Of a stretch of DNA of 64,000 nt, positions 53,101 through 64,000 are shown piece after piece. Numbering within the stretch: position 1 is the stretch's first letter; each line of letters begins with the position of its first letter. A program made the translations under genes and the position numbers. Under the pieces are notes generated by a model. The model was not told where the DNA came from, made no database searches, and saw only the letters and a program-made list of their open reading frames with translations. Source of the DNA: Gnetum montanum (Eukaryota > Plantae > Gnetophyta); the NCBI GenBank assembly GCA_015680685.1, contig MNCI01001625.1, forward strand, positions 54,795 to 118,794, written 5' to 3'.

Positions 53101-56100
53101 TTTGGATGGCCAAACAAGATGCAAAAGAAATACAAATTATTAATCTTGCTTGCCAGAGGGATGTCAGAGTTGAGAGGAAGGTTGATGCTAAGCTCTAGAG
53201 GCTTTTGGAGGTTGTTAAAGGCTTTTGTTTAGTGTTACACTGGCTACACTCTAGAGGGTAGCACAACACATAGTCAAATTTTGCAAAAACTTGATATCCA
53301 ACACTAGTTAACCTAGCTATGTTCTAGAGTGTAGTAGGGATACTTAGAAAAAATTTAACAAAATGTACAATTTTCCTTCATGCTATGCTAGCTATGCTCT
53401 AGGGCATAGTAGGAGAGGTAGCCTCAGGAGTTAGAAAATTTTCCAAATATCTCTTCCATGCTAAGCTAGCCTAACATTTTCTTACCTAACACCTAATTTG
53501 TTGAGGGTACTGATGAAATAAGTAGGAATTAAGCTACCTAATTTTTTAGGGCTAGGAGAAATTCACTGTGTGAACGTAAGGTTAAATGGGCATAATTGCT
53601 ACTAGTAGAGATGACTGGGTAGGTTGCAACAATGCCAAGAAGGGTAAGTTAATGGGAGGTACTGCATTATGACGTGTATGCTATGTCTAGTGCATCACTA
53701 TCATAGGAATTAGCTTGGAAAATGATGCTAGGGCTATGACTATCTCAAGAAAGATAGGTGGATAGTACTATAGAAGGCCTAGAACATGGATTTTCTACTA
53801 GAAGATAGTGTGGAAGGAGTCCTCATACTTCGAATGATATTTGAGCTCATCTTACTCTTCATACAAGGGCTCCTCATAGTCTCTCCCTATTTCACGCTCA
53901 CTTGTTTAGATGAGTTAGGCAAGTATCTAACAGTAAGGCTCCATGAGTGAGATGAAGTCAACTAGGAAGGGGATACACTCTCATCCATTCCAGTGAATGA
54001 GCTTGTAGCCCTGCTTGGCTTCTATGTCCAAGTGATCTACAAATAACCCTACTTGGATCTTTGCACAAATGAAGTATTGTTCATCGTTTAGCATGGTATA
54101 GTTAGAGTCTTGGCCACGCAGCCTAAGGGATTGCCTTGGCTCTACTATGGCAAGACTAGTAGGGAGGTTAATCCTATTTTTTTGTTGGGTGGGCAAGATG
54201 GCTAGTGTGCTTAGAATTGATGTTGAAGGCTCCTTAAAACTCATGTGTGTAGATTAATTTACAAGAGGAGATTGTAGAGATTGCTAGTTGCAAAAAATGG
54301 CTAACTTTGCAGACTATGAAAATGGCTAACTTTGGTGGTTGTAGAAAAATAGCTAACTCTGGAGACTACAAAAAAATGGCTAACCCTAGAGACTACACTC
54401 TCTACGCTAAGAGCTAACTATGCTCTCTATTGAGAACACCTAGAATTTGACTAACTGTGAGAATGTATGATCTAGGGTTGCTACAGAGGGTTCTAGGGGG
54501 ACCAATGATGAGGTCTAGTCTACACCAACTAGTTAGTAGATTACACCTACACTAGCCTAAGATCTAACTACTGTCACACATGTAGTAGGTCCATAGGGGT
54601 CTTAGATTTATGCTAGCCTAAAGCCAGAAATGGTGATGCAAAGAGCATGCGGGAAAACCACCAATGGAGTCTAAATAAGAAAATGCTTCAACCCTCCTTC
54701 TAGCACAAGAAAACTATAGTGATCAAAAACGTCAATGGTTGGAACACCAAGAGGTCCATGGGCACATAGTTTGACCCCATCTCTATGTGAAGGCCTTTTG
54801 GAGATGGAGACAAGGTGCCCTAAATGGTCTTGTTGATCAAATGGGGATTTACCAAATGTAACACAAAATGATGCTAAGTGTTCACGTGGAATCAATGGTG
54901 TCAATAGGTGTGGGCGTAGTCAAAATTTTCACCAAAAAATAAAGGTGCCAATGTGTGAGGATTGCTGCCCAAGCATGGCTATGTGTTGAAATGGCAAGAT
55001 ATGCAAGTAAAATGCTAAAAAATGCATGTAGAATGCTGAAAATGTAAAGAAAAAGAGAGAGAGAGAAATAAAGCACCACACCAAATGGGGTTGGGTGTAG
55101 TTAACTTTAGAAGGGGTGAGAAGGTACATGGTGTATAATACGTATAGTGGATAGTGTAGTCATAGTCTTAGGGGCGTTTGACCATAAAGACTAATGTTCT
55201 TCCATGGAGTCTATGCCTGCTGGGTTGGCTGCCATGGTGTGCTATGGGTTGTGGTGTCCTATGGTGAGCTAAAATGGTATGCAACTTTATACCTCTCTGA
55301 TTTGCTAGTGTGCCTTTGTTTTGTTGGTGCTTTGATTTTTGCCAACTTTGAACTTGCGAACTTTCCTTATTCTCAAACTTTCCAACCTTGAATATGTTAA
55401 GGGTAGGGGTATTTATAGGGCTAGGATTAGAATGAAATGTGGAGGGACTACCATGTGGTAGAGGGGATGGTTGGAGCTACACTATCATCTAACTATGCTC
55501 TTCACTGATACTAGCAATGTTGTGCTCTACTATGCTCTATCGGACACTACGAGATTGCGAGACTATAACTAAACTACCAACTGCATGTATATGCATTGAG
55601 AGGACCGCAATGTACCTAAAAAAATGCAACTTTGGAGACTACACTCTTCATTGTCTTGTGTGGGGTTGAGTGTAGTTACAATTTTGGGATCAAAAGGGGT
55701 ACAAAAAGATGCATTTTACTAACTACCCTTGTTGGAGGTGAGTTGGAGTGCCGATGCTATGTTGTGGAGGCCTTTGGAGGATGTTCTGGCTAACTATGCT
55801 CTCCACTAAGACCTGACCATGCTTTGGGGCAATGGAGAGTGTAGTCTTAGGAATTAGAAAAATTTTCCAAAAAAAAATTTCCTTTTTGGTGACTATGCTC
55901 TAGGTTGAGGGAGAGCGTAGTCTCAACACATAGAAAAAATTTGCAAAAATTGGGCTTTCATGCTAACTATGCTTGACTACGCTCCATGCTAGTGGAGAGT
56001 GTAGTCTCAACACTTAGAAAATTTTGTAGCAGCTAGCTTGACACTTAGAAAAATTTGTCAAATTGTCCTTTGTGTTGACTACAGTCTACTTGAGGCTGAC

Positions 56101-56312
56101 TACACTCTAGGGTAGTGGAGAGCGTAGGCCCAACACTTCAAAAGTTTTGCAAAAATTGCACCTTTGTTCTAACTATGCTTAACTACGCTCTGGGGCAATG
56201 GAGAGCATACTCTCAACACTTAGAAAATGTTGCAAAAATTGCACCTTCATGCTAACTATGCTCTAGGGTAGTGGAGAGCATAGTCTCAGCACTTAGAAAA
56301 TTTTGTAGTGGC
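47170..56312 (-). mobile_element. Deleted or composite element E3 of the H1 family
   Basis: LTRs 47170-48923 and 54715-~56312 (truncated), PPT 48924-48936, degenerate tRNA-Asn PBS 54692-54708, INT tail 50555-50670, both spacer ends 50680-52330. Gag-PROT and RT-INT core are absent. The LTRs are quite diverged, so their pairing is uncertain. Confidence 0.72.
52335..53500 (-). repeat. Nested LTR-like fragment of a related family
   Basis: Begins TGTGATGACCAAAAACATC (cf. TGTAGCAACCGAAAACG) and shares the GTATTTATAGGGCTAGG TATA block at ~52835; right end unclear. Confidence 0.55.
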
Positions 56313-57300
56313 CACTAAAGCCTACACCCATTTCAGTCATACCCATGAGCTTTGATGCTCAAGATGCCTCAATGAGCTTGCCAAAGGGGGATGATAAATA
56401 TCAAGAAAAGGGAAAGAAGCCTAAACTACAAATATTAAAACATGAGGTAAAAATCTTAGGTAGAATGAAGGAAGTCAAAGGCATTAAGAACAAAAAAGCC
56501 ATGAATAATGACAAAGAAATTCTCACTACCATGGAGTAGGTTAGGCTCTCGCTTATTTAGAAGAATACCTCATTGAGCTTGTATGAAATAGTTATGACCT
56601 CTCATGCCCACTATGAAGCCTTAGTTCATATGTTGACTTCTATTCCTATTAGTGAGGATATCCCAACCAACCAAGAATCTATACATGCATCAATAGTACC
56701 CTCCTTACCTAAAGAAGAAATGATGTCAAATACTTTAACATTTTGGGATAATGAGATAATGATAAATTCATAAAGTGGTGAGGTGTTAAGAGTTCCCTTG
56801 TTTATAGTGATAAGAGTTGGATAGTACAAGGTACATCAAGTACACATAGATGATAGGGTAGCTAGTAATGTTATCTCCTTCCCTATTGTAGAATGCATAG
56901 GTTTGACCAAGCACATTTAGAGCACCTCCACCTTAGCACTTAAATAGTTCAATGGGTCATGTGTAGATGTGAGAGGGTCAATTTCATTGGATTTCATAGT
57001 TGAGGAATAGTTCCCCACATCAATTGATTTCCTTATGGTGGAAGAGACACTAGAATTCAAGATAATCCTAGGGAGACCCTAGTTAGTCAAACTACAAGCT
57101 ATCTCTTCCTTGGTTCATCAAGAAATTCATCTTCCTTATGAAAGAGGTGAGATTATTATTGATAGGAACAACACAACTCCCTTGTCTATTAACAATGTTA
57201 ACATAGGATAAGGATCTAAAGTGAAGTTTTAAGAAAAAGCTCCCATAACGCAAAACATAGTTGAAAAACTAAACGAAATTGACCATGTCAAGACCAACAA
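56313..57300 (+). pseudogene. Protease-region fragment of another copy of the clade
   Basis: SLYEIVMTSHAHYEALVHML, VHIDDRVASNVI, FKIILGRP*L, HQEIHLPY. Confidence 0.8.
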
Positions 57301-58489
57301 CATAGTTTACTTTGCAGCCCTATTATTTTAACTCATAGCCTTTTGTGCAAGAAGAATATAAAGTAAAACAAAAGAAATATATAACACTTTTAAAACAAAA
57401 CATGAAGAAAAATTACCTATAACCAAGAATGTTAATACTAATGGCTATGATCACATAATGTGATGAAAAAATAACAAAAGTATAACACCATTATAGTGCA
57501 ACAAGATAACAAAAATGATATAATAGCCAATACAATCCTCAAGGCTATGATAGCTAAAATAATAATCAACAAAGCATGATGAGTCCATCAATAGACAAAT
57601 TGAGCTATGGGAGGAGGAGGAGAACCACTGTCAACATCATTACCAAAGCCATTACCATTGTCACTTGGGGCCTATGAACAATAAAAGCATGTAATCATTT
57701 GTGCATGGATTGACCTTGAAACCAAAGTAAAACACAAAAAAATATATATTTATTTATTGTTGATAATTGCTGATCAAAGAAACAAACCACTCATTCCATA
57801 TATAAGGTTGTAAATGTGGATATGCATTGCTGTGACATGGGGGGTTGCAGCATGAGCTTTGCATTCAAGTAGGAGCTTCAACTACGTAACCATCATCCAT
57901 ACACTTTTAAAGGGTGTCATAAAACATTTAGACTTGTTTTAGATTAAGGTTGCCATGGAAAGAGAGCTGGCCACTGTTTTAACATGAACAATTATAGAGC
58001 ATTAGTTCTCAATTTCTTGGTTATAAAATCCTGGTAATTTTGGACAGTAAGTTAATTCTCATTTCATATGTCACATTCTAATTTTAGTTAAGTTTAATCC
58101 TACCAAAAATTTTGTATTATAAGCCATGAATTAATAATTTGAACATTTAATTAACGGACACTAAGTTCAAGGCCATCTAGGGGTACAGCAAAAACATATA
58201 TTTACGTTGAGATGGAGTAGATGGTTTGCCATAAAAAACCATCATCAAATCACCAGCCTACCGACCCTGCTGTAATGGGTTTACCCTAGATTAATGGAGT
58301 AAGTGAATGATGATGATCAAAATTTTACTCTGAGGTTACCCATACTTGGTTGCAAACATTAGAAATTGCAAGGCAAAACAGAGACAAGATTATAATCTTC
58401 GCATGCAGTTCAATATCGACTAATGTGATATAAATTGCAGAAAACGGTAATCCTAAATAACTTACAAGGTTGTATAAAAAGCTCGGTAA

Positions 58490-58775
58490 TAGATTCGGCT
58501 CTGTGGCAGATATTGCACAGTTCACATATATTCTGTGAGCTCGACCAACAATCGCAGATGTGTTCTGAGGGGCCTGCGTCACCAGATCGTCGATCACTGT
58601 GATATCGCCGAAGTTGATATTGCTAGAACTGACGTCTGTGCCTACAACTCTAATGGTGGTCCTGTTTGGCCCCGACACAATATCGCGCATATAAACCATC
58701 ATGTCCACAATCTTTGCAGGAGCCGCAGCGGCAGCAGGTTTTGCAGGTACCTGCAAGTCAGCCATGGCCATAATG
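58490..58775 (-). pseudogene. Dirigent protein fragment (N-terminal half), inside ORF 58325-58939
   Basis: VYMRDIVSGPNRT...FGDITVIDDLVTQAPQNTSAIVGRAHRIY matches dirigent motifs I-III. The C-terminal GGTG.F..ARG motifs are absent. Confidence 0.8.
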
Positions 58776-60399
58776 GAGAGCTGTGGTGTAATCCTGTAAC
58801 ACGCCAGTGTTGCTTTTGCTTCTGATTTTGCTGCTTGGCAAAGCTCTGTAAACGTTTCTGGCTCTATGTACCAAGCCTGGTCTAGCATGTATTTATACTG
58901 AAATTTCAGGGATAGATTGGAAAATTGTGTTGCTTGCATCTTGTAAACAGTTTTGAGAAACCGGACTGAGAAAATCTTAGTAAAGGGGGATAAAAATCCA
59001 GTTTAAGTCGAGAAAATTAGTAAGAACAAAAGATACATCATTAATGGTAAGGTGATACATTTTTTTCCATAGCTTGTCTCATTGTAAACTTTAGTTAACG
59101 GACGTGCAAATATAGAATTTAAATTTTCTAATTTTGATAAAGATTAGCAATAAATGACGCAATGAACTCAAAATAAAAAATGTTTGTGTGTATACTATTC
59201 TATATAAATGTAATTTTGAATTGGCTTGTAGAATTCACTTTATGTAAAATCTCTGTGAATAGTTACACCTACCCTAATGTCGAAAATTTTAAAGACCTTG
59301 AGGATGCATAAAGAAACATACTTTGTTGACGCCTACAATCTGGTGAAATTTGAGTTGAGATTGGTTACCTTCAGTACCAAATCAGGCCTGGTTTTGCGGA
59401 CTTCATACACAGGATATTCTTGAAAATTTGTTAGAGGATCTGCTCGGTTTCATTCAGATTTTCACGTAAACAAACATTGCTCCATTTTCATCCATGTTTT
59501 GGTTTGGGTTCCTACTTCCTACTTTTAACCAGTTACCTAGACCCATGTTATCAGGCAATTCGCTTGAAATTCATCAAACATGTGTCATTCGTGCATGCGT
59601 TTGAAAGTATTGAAGTCAGGCAGCCTCGCCTCGCTCTCAAAATGTTCCCTAAAACAAAGCATCCGTTTGAGAGTATTTTCAAACAACGTTTTCTTTTCAT
59701 TTATCCATGTTCATTGATATCTTCGATCCCTAAAAACCGCCAACATGAGATATCGAGGCATTGATCGCAAACCGTCAACAGCGCCACACTGCGCATCAGA
59801 AACCCTTCCCTCACTCTGCCATCCGCCCTGCTTTGCGTAGATCTTGCCCTTGCCCTTGCCCTGCCGCGCTGCTGCTGCTGCTCTTCCCCCGCAGATGATT
59901 GAAATCCTGAGGCCTAGGACAAAAATTTGGCGAACAAAAGAAAACTTTAACCGTGGAGTTCATGCTACCTACAGGTCAGGGCAGCGTTTAGATAACAGCT
60001 GAAACGTCCAGTTCAAATTAGGAAGTTTCTAATATTCTTTATTAAAATAATGCTACTGTGACGTCAAACCACGATATTCCAAAACTGAAACTCTCGATAA
60101 AACACTGAAACGATGCGGCTGTCACATCACACCAACATCGACGAAAAAGTGATGTAACGGCAAACTAACATCAACCAAAAATGATGCTGTCAAACCCGGT
60201 CAAACGAAAATGGAACTTTCTAAGACGCTCAAATGACACTACACGTCAAACTAGCGTTACTTTTTAAAATTGCTAGGATACCAAAATGATGCTAAGGTAG
60301 CATTAAACAAGCATATTCGGCAACTTTTTAAAATCAGCTGTACACCTAAATGACACTACTATAACATCAACCTTTTGCAAAAATGGAGCTTTTCGAAAT

Positions 60400-61850
60400 T
60401 ATTCTTACATGAAGATGCTGCTCCAAAAAACCAGCATCTTTTTAATGATTCAGCATCTCCAGAGTGACTGAACCGAAGGTGAGGTGCTTCAGAAGTTGAG
60501 AGGAAGCAGTCACCTATCGAGGAACCTGCTTGACTTGACACCATTATATGGTTTTGCCGTAGGGAAACTGGTAATGTAGATGATGCCGTATGTGTTGTAG
60601 GCATTTGATTTGTTGAAGGCAGATGTGTGACATTTGTATTTGTGTGCTGCTTCTAATATGAGAAATCGAACTGGAAATAGAAATCGGAATGTGCCCACTG
60701 TATTGACTTCACTCACAGATCTAGATAATAATGGTGTCCTTTGCATAGAAACAACAGGCATTGTAGGATTTGCACCGGCAGGAATCTATGTACCACTTGA
60801 TGCCTTGACAAGTCAGTAGCTTCACTGTTGCCACTTGCTGCATGAGAATTTTGATGGCCGCTAACAGTGGCAACATTCTCATCGGAGCTGGCAATACTTT
60901 TCTAGGTGTCGCTATTGCGATTCAAGTCTGTTGTGGTGTCTAATTGATGTACTTGTGAGTTCTGGTTGTCAGTCTTGCCCGATGCATAAGATGTCGGCAT
61001 GGTATTCTTACCAGAATTTGACTTTGAGGATTACTTTTTGGGTTTGACGTGTTATTCGTTGTAGCCTGACTTGCTGGAGACTCAACATGATAAGATTTAT
61101 TTAAATTTGTTGAGCAGAGATCACTTGACATAGAGGATAATGTCTAGATTCATCGGCCTGGCTAACGCCTGCTCGATCAGAATCTCTTTTCCCGGAGGTA
61201 TTTGCGAGTTTTTCTTGTGTCTGTTTACTTGATTTAAGGTTATCCATCTCCTGTTGCAGTGAGCTAAGCTTTTTTCGAAGCATTTCAAGTTCCTCCTCCT
61301 TTTCTTCAAGAGATAGCTCAAGCTAGCGTTCGCTATCTTTCATAGAATGATTCTTAACTTCAGCATTCACACTTGCTAACAAGCTAGCATTCTGTCGTTC
61401 TAACTCAGCATTACATATCTCGAATTCAGCTCTAAGTTGTTCTAACTCAGCATTTCCTTGTTCTAATTCGGCATTCCACTGCCCTAGCTGCTGCACATAC
61501 TCTTTCAGAGATAGTGTCTCGGATATCAAACTTGCTATCATATTGTTGGCTTCTTTTATAGCATTTGAATCCGTACTAGCTGCCTATCTCAAATTATCTG
61601 CCTCACTTTATGAGGAACCATTGACCACAATGGACGCAAGAGAATCTGTAGAACAATTTGAAGAGCTATCATCTATGGTAGCTTGACGTTTCATGCCAGT
61701 ATGACCGTTTTGAGTTGGCTGGGCAGAAATTTCACCACTAAAACTTGCTTCCATAGACTATGGAGTTTCCGAACCATTTCTCTCCAAATCTACCCAATAT
61801 GCTTCTCCATCTTCTGTAGCAGGGCCAAGTGTTCTAACAACATTATCTGT
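60400..61850 (-). pseudogene. Fragment of a TRAF1/MUSE13-14-like MATH-domain protein (C-terminal region)
   Basis: IDDSSSNCSTDSLASIVVNG and PTMPVVSMQRTPLLSRSVS resemble motifs I recall from At5g43560/At1g04300-type proteins; coiled-coil between them; many stops; the MATH domain itself is absent. Confidence 0.62.
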
Positions 61851-61854
61851 ACCA

Positions 61855-62557
61855 CAAATCCCACTCTGTTCACTTCTTCAAGCAGTTGTGAAAGTGTTGG
61901 CACAGTTAATGTATCAAAGCATTCACAATCCTTAGGATCAATAGGTACACAAACATGACCAGTTTTTGGATGAACACAAAATGGAGATTTCAGCAAGTGA
62001 TTCATATGCTTAGACACCTCCGTATCTATGCGAGGGTATGTACATGAGAACATAACCTCCTCAATTCATCGCCTCAATCCATGTAACTTATTTTTGCCGC
62101 TTTCCAGATGTTTTCTCAACTGCTTCCGACGGACAGTATTTCTATTGTCACTTGAATTTGAATGAGCGTCGGCCTACTTGTCACAGAAATGACTAGCAAT
62201 TGTTTCATCTGGTATTGACTCTAGAATCTTTTAATATCTTTCTTCGTTGACAAACAAGTTTTGACTACACATAATTGAATCTTCAAAATAGGGGCTCAGA
62301 ATCTCTGCATAAGCTCTCATTAGGGAAGGATGAAGACCTGGCCCACCTAAGAAGACCGCATTATTTGACTGATCAACGTCCTTATACACTCTAAAATATT
62401 CAGCAAGGGAAGATCTTTGCTCATTAGACAACCTTTGGGCCCTCTTGTCGCATACCCGGCAATGTACTCCAGGTCTCCCACTATACACCCACAGAACATG
62501 TTCAAAGCCAAAATCATCTCGAAGAACCGTGTCTAGAACCTTAATAGCAATTTTCAT
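61855..62557 (-). pseudogene. PRIM1: Intronless internal fragment of DNA primase small subunit
   Basis: LRDDFGFEHVLWVYSGRPGVHC, YPRIDTEVSKHMNHLLKSPFCVHPKTG...TVPTLSQLLEE in one frame with 3 stops; both ends truncated. Confidence 0.92.
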
Positions 62558-62868
62558 GAGTGGACAACAATTTAGACAAACATCGGCCCCGTTACAATAA
62601 TAACGAATATTGTTATAATCCGTCGTGTCGACGTCGACACCAGCTCCCTTTCAACGTGTGTAAACACTTTATCTTCTCCTTGGGCATAAGCATGGCCTTT
62701 TTTAACCTTGTTGGCCTTCTTGTCACTGAAAAAAAAATCAAATTAAATATTTTTATGCTACTCCGACCTTCATTTTAGCAGAGAGAGAGAGTCTTCTTGC
62801 TGTGTTTTGGTTCCCTTGCTGCCTGCTGGTAGCATTGAGGTTTTGATCGCTGTTTCTCAGCCTTTACA

Positions 62869-63560
62869 ATGGCTGAGCAGCCTCAATATCCTATTATCCA
62901 ACAAACGTTTGGTGGTTCGGGTCCCCTTGGATCAAATATTGTCCCGAACTACTGCTATGGAGGTTTGGAAAAACCATTTTTAGCATCTAACAAGACCATC
63001 AATGCCTCCATCTTCAAAGGCTCTTTCCAGAGCCCAATATTTTCTGCTAGTCTATCCAATAGCAAGGCCTTTCCGGGAAAACAGATGCCTCTGGTTATCC
63101 CAGCTCCATCTGAGAGGTGATTCACGGGCTTCATGATTGGTTTCCTCATGGGTGGTGTTTCAGCGGCTGTTTCCAAAACTGCTGCCACTCCTATTGAGCG
63201 TGTGAAACTGCCTATCCAAAAGCTGGATGAAATGATCAAGGCTAGCAGGTTGTCTCAGCCTTCCAAGGGAACTGGTGGTTGTTTTTCCCGCACCATCAAG
63301 GAAGAGGGTGTCATTTCACTTTGGAGAGAAAACGCTGCCAATGTTATCTGTTACTTCCCAACTCAGGCGCTGAACTTTGCATTCAAAGATTATATCCAGA
63401 GGCTCTTAAGCATGAAGAAAGACAAGGATTGCTCCTGGAAATGGTTTGCGGGAAACCTTGCCTCTCGAGGTTGTGCTGGTGCCTTGTACCTTCCTTTTAT
63501 GTATTCTCTGGACCATGCTTGGACACGTTTGGCTAATATTGCAAAGGCACTTAAGGGTGA
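62869..63560 (+). pseudogene. AAC: Mitochondrial ADP/ATP carrier pseudogene, intronless, 3'-truncated
   Basis: Plant N-terminal extension, stop at 63118, then [23 protein letters not shown]...[13 protein letters not shown]...WFAGNLAS. Similarity ends after [11 protein letters not shown]. Confidence 0.93.
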
Positions 63561-64000
63561 TAGGGTTGGCACATGGATTGACAAACTTAACAATTTACTA
63601 GGAGACCATGTTTAATTTCAAAATCTATGTCACTGCCATAACTTACCAGTCCTTCCTTTATGGAAGAGGTTCTTAACCAGGGATGGATGCGCATTCTAGT
63701 GCTCTATGTTTTTAAAACATAGGAGTTCGCGGTGATAACGTGTAACAGTACCCTGCAACTAATTCAACAGGAGTTGCATTTTCACTCCTATTTATCTTGC
63801 AATGGCAAGGTCTTTCTCATCCGTCCATAGTTATATCACTCTAGCAGGCTTTCGATCTTTCTCATCCGTCCATAGCAGGCTTTCGATATGGCTACATTGG
63901 GACGAGTACATTTACCTTTGGCTTGGAGCCTGTTACATTTAAGCTGTTCCTAAGGATTTCCTATTCCTTAAATGTTTTTCCATTTGAAACCATTTTCTTG

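Noticed and set aside
58325-58939. 204-aa ORF as an intact dirigent gene
   Set aside because: The conserved HD is RD, GRAQG is GRAHR, and the C-terminal dirigent motifs are replaced by unrelated sequence.
61855-62557. Primase as part of a viral or self-synthesising element
   Set aside because: Motifs match the cellular eukaryotic PRIM1, and no helicase, polymerase or capsid genes are nearby.
63810-63890. Short duplication TCTTTCTCATCCGTCCATAG / AGCAGGCTTTCGAT
   Set aside because: Small slippage or repair duplication with no supporting context.

Overview
Land-plant nuclear DNA from a scaffold with N-gaps. It is CpG/CHG-depleted and dominated by nested Ty3/gypsy LTR retrotransposons, and I see no intact host gene. 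From left to right: a decayed nsLTP fragment (~1.8-2.3 kb); a short LTR element retaining only gag and the integrase tail (2.6-8.7 kb); an Athila-like LTR+PBS+gag (9.3-11.7 kb) followed by PPR-like and PRP22/DEAH5 fragments; a ~42 kb nest (14.9-57.3 kb) of one Tat-type clade (RT-RH-aRH-INT order, tRNA-Asn PBS); and fragments of dirigent, TRAF1/MUSE-type MATH protein, primase small subunit and ADP/ATP carrier (58-63.6 kb). The main finding is the architecture of the Tat-type clade, best seen in the near-complete minus-strand element at 20098-38305. Gag-protease and RT-RH-aRH-INT are separated by ~5.4 kb holding an antisense gene with 8 exons, 7 phase-compatible GT-AG introns and about 1,090 codons. 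It encodes an FCP1/NIF (HAD) phosphatase-like domain with altered catalytic motifs, a PMD-like domain and a helical C-terminus. A homologous antisense gene without a recognisable HAD module sits at the same position in the host element, and remnants occur in two further copies. Gag and RT each have their own ATG preceded by an acceptor-like tract, which suggests RT-INT is expressed separately from Gag. Domain assignments are by eye from motifs; no searches were run.
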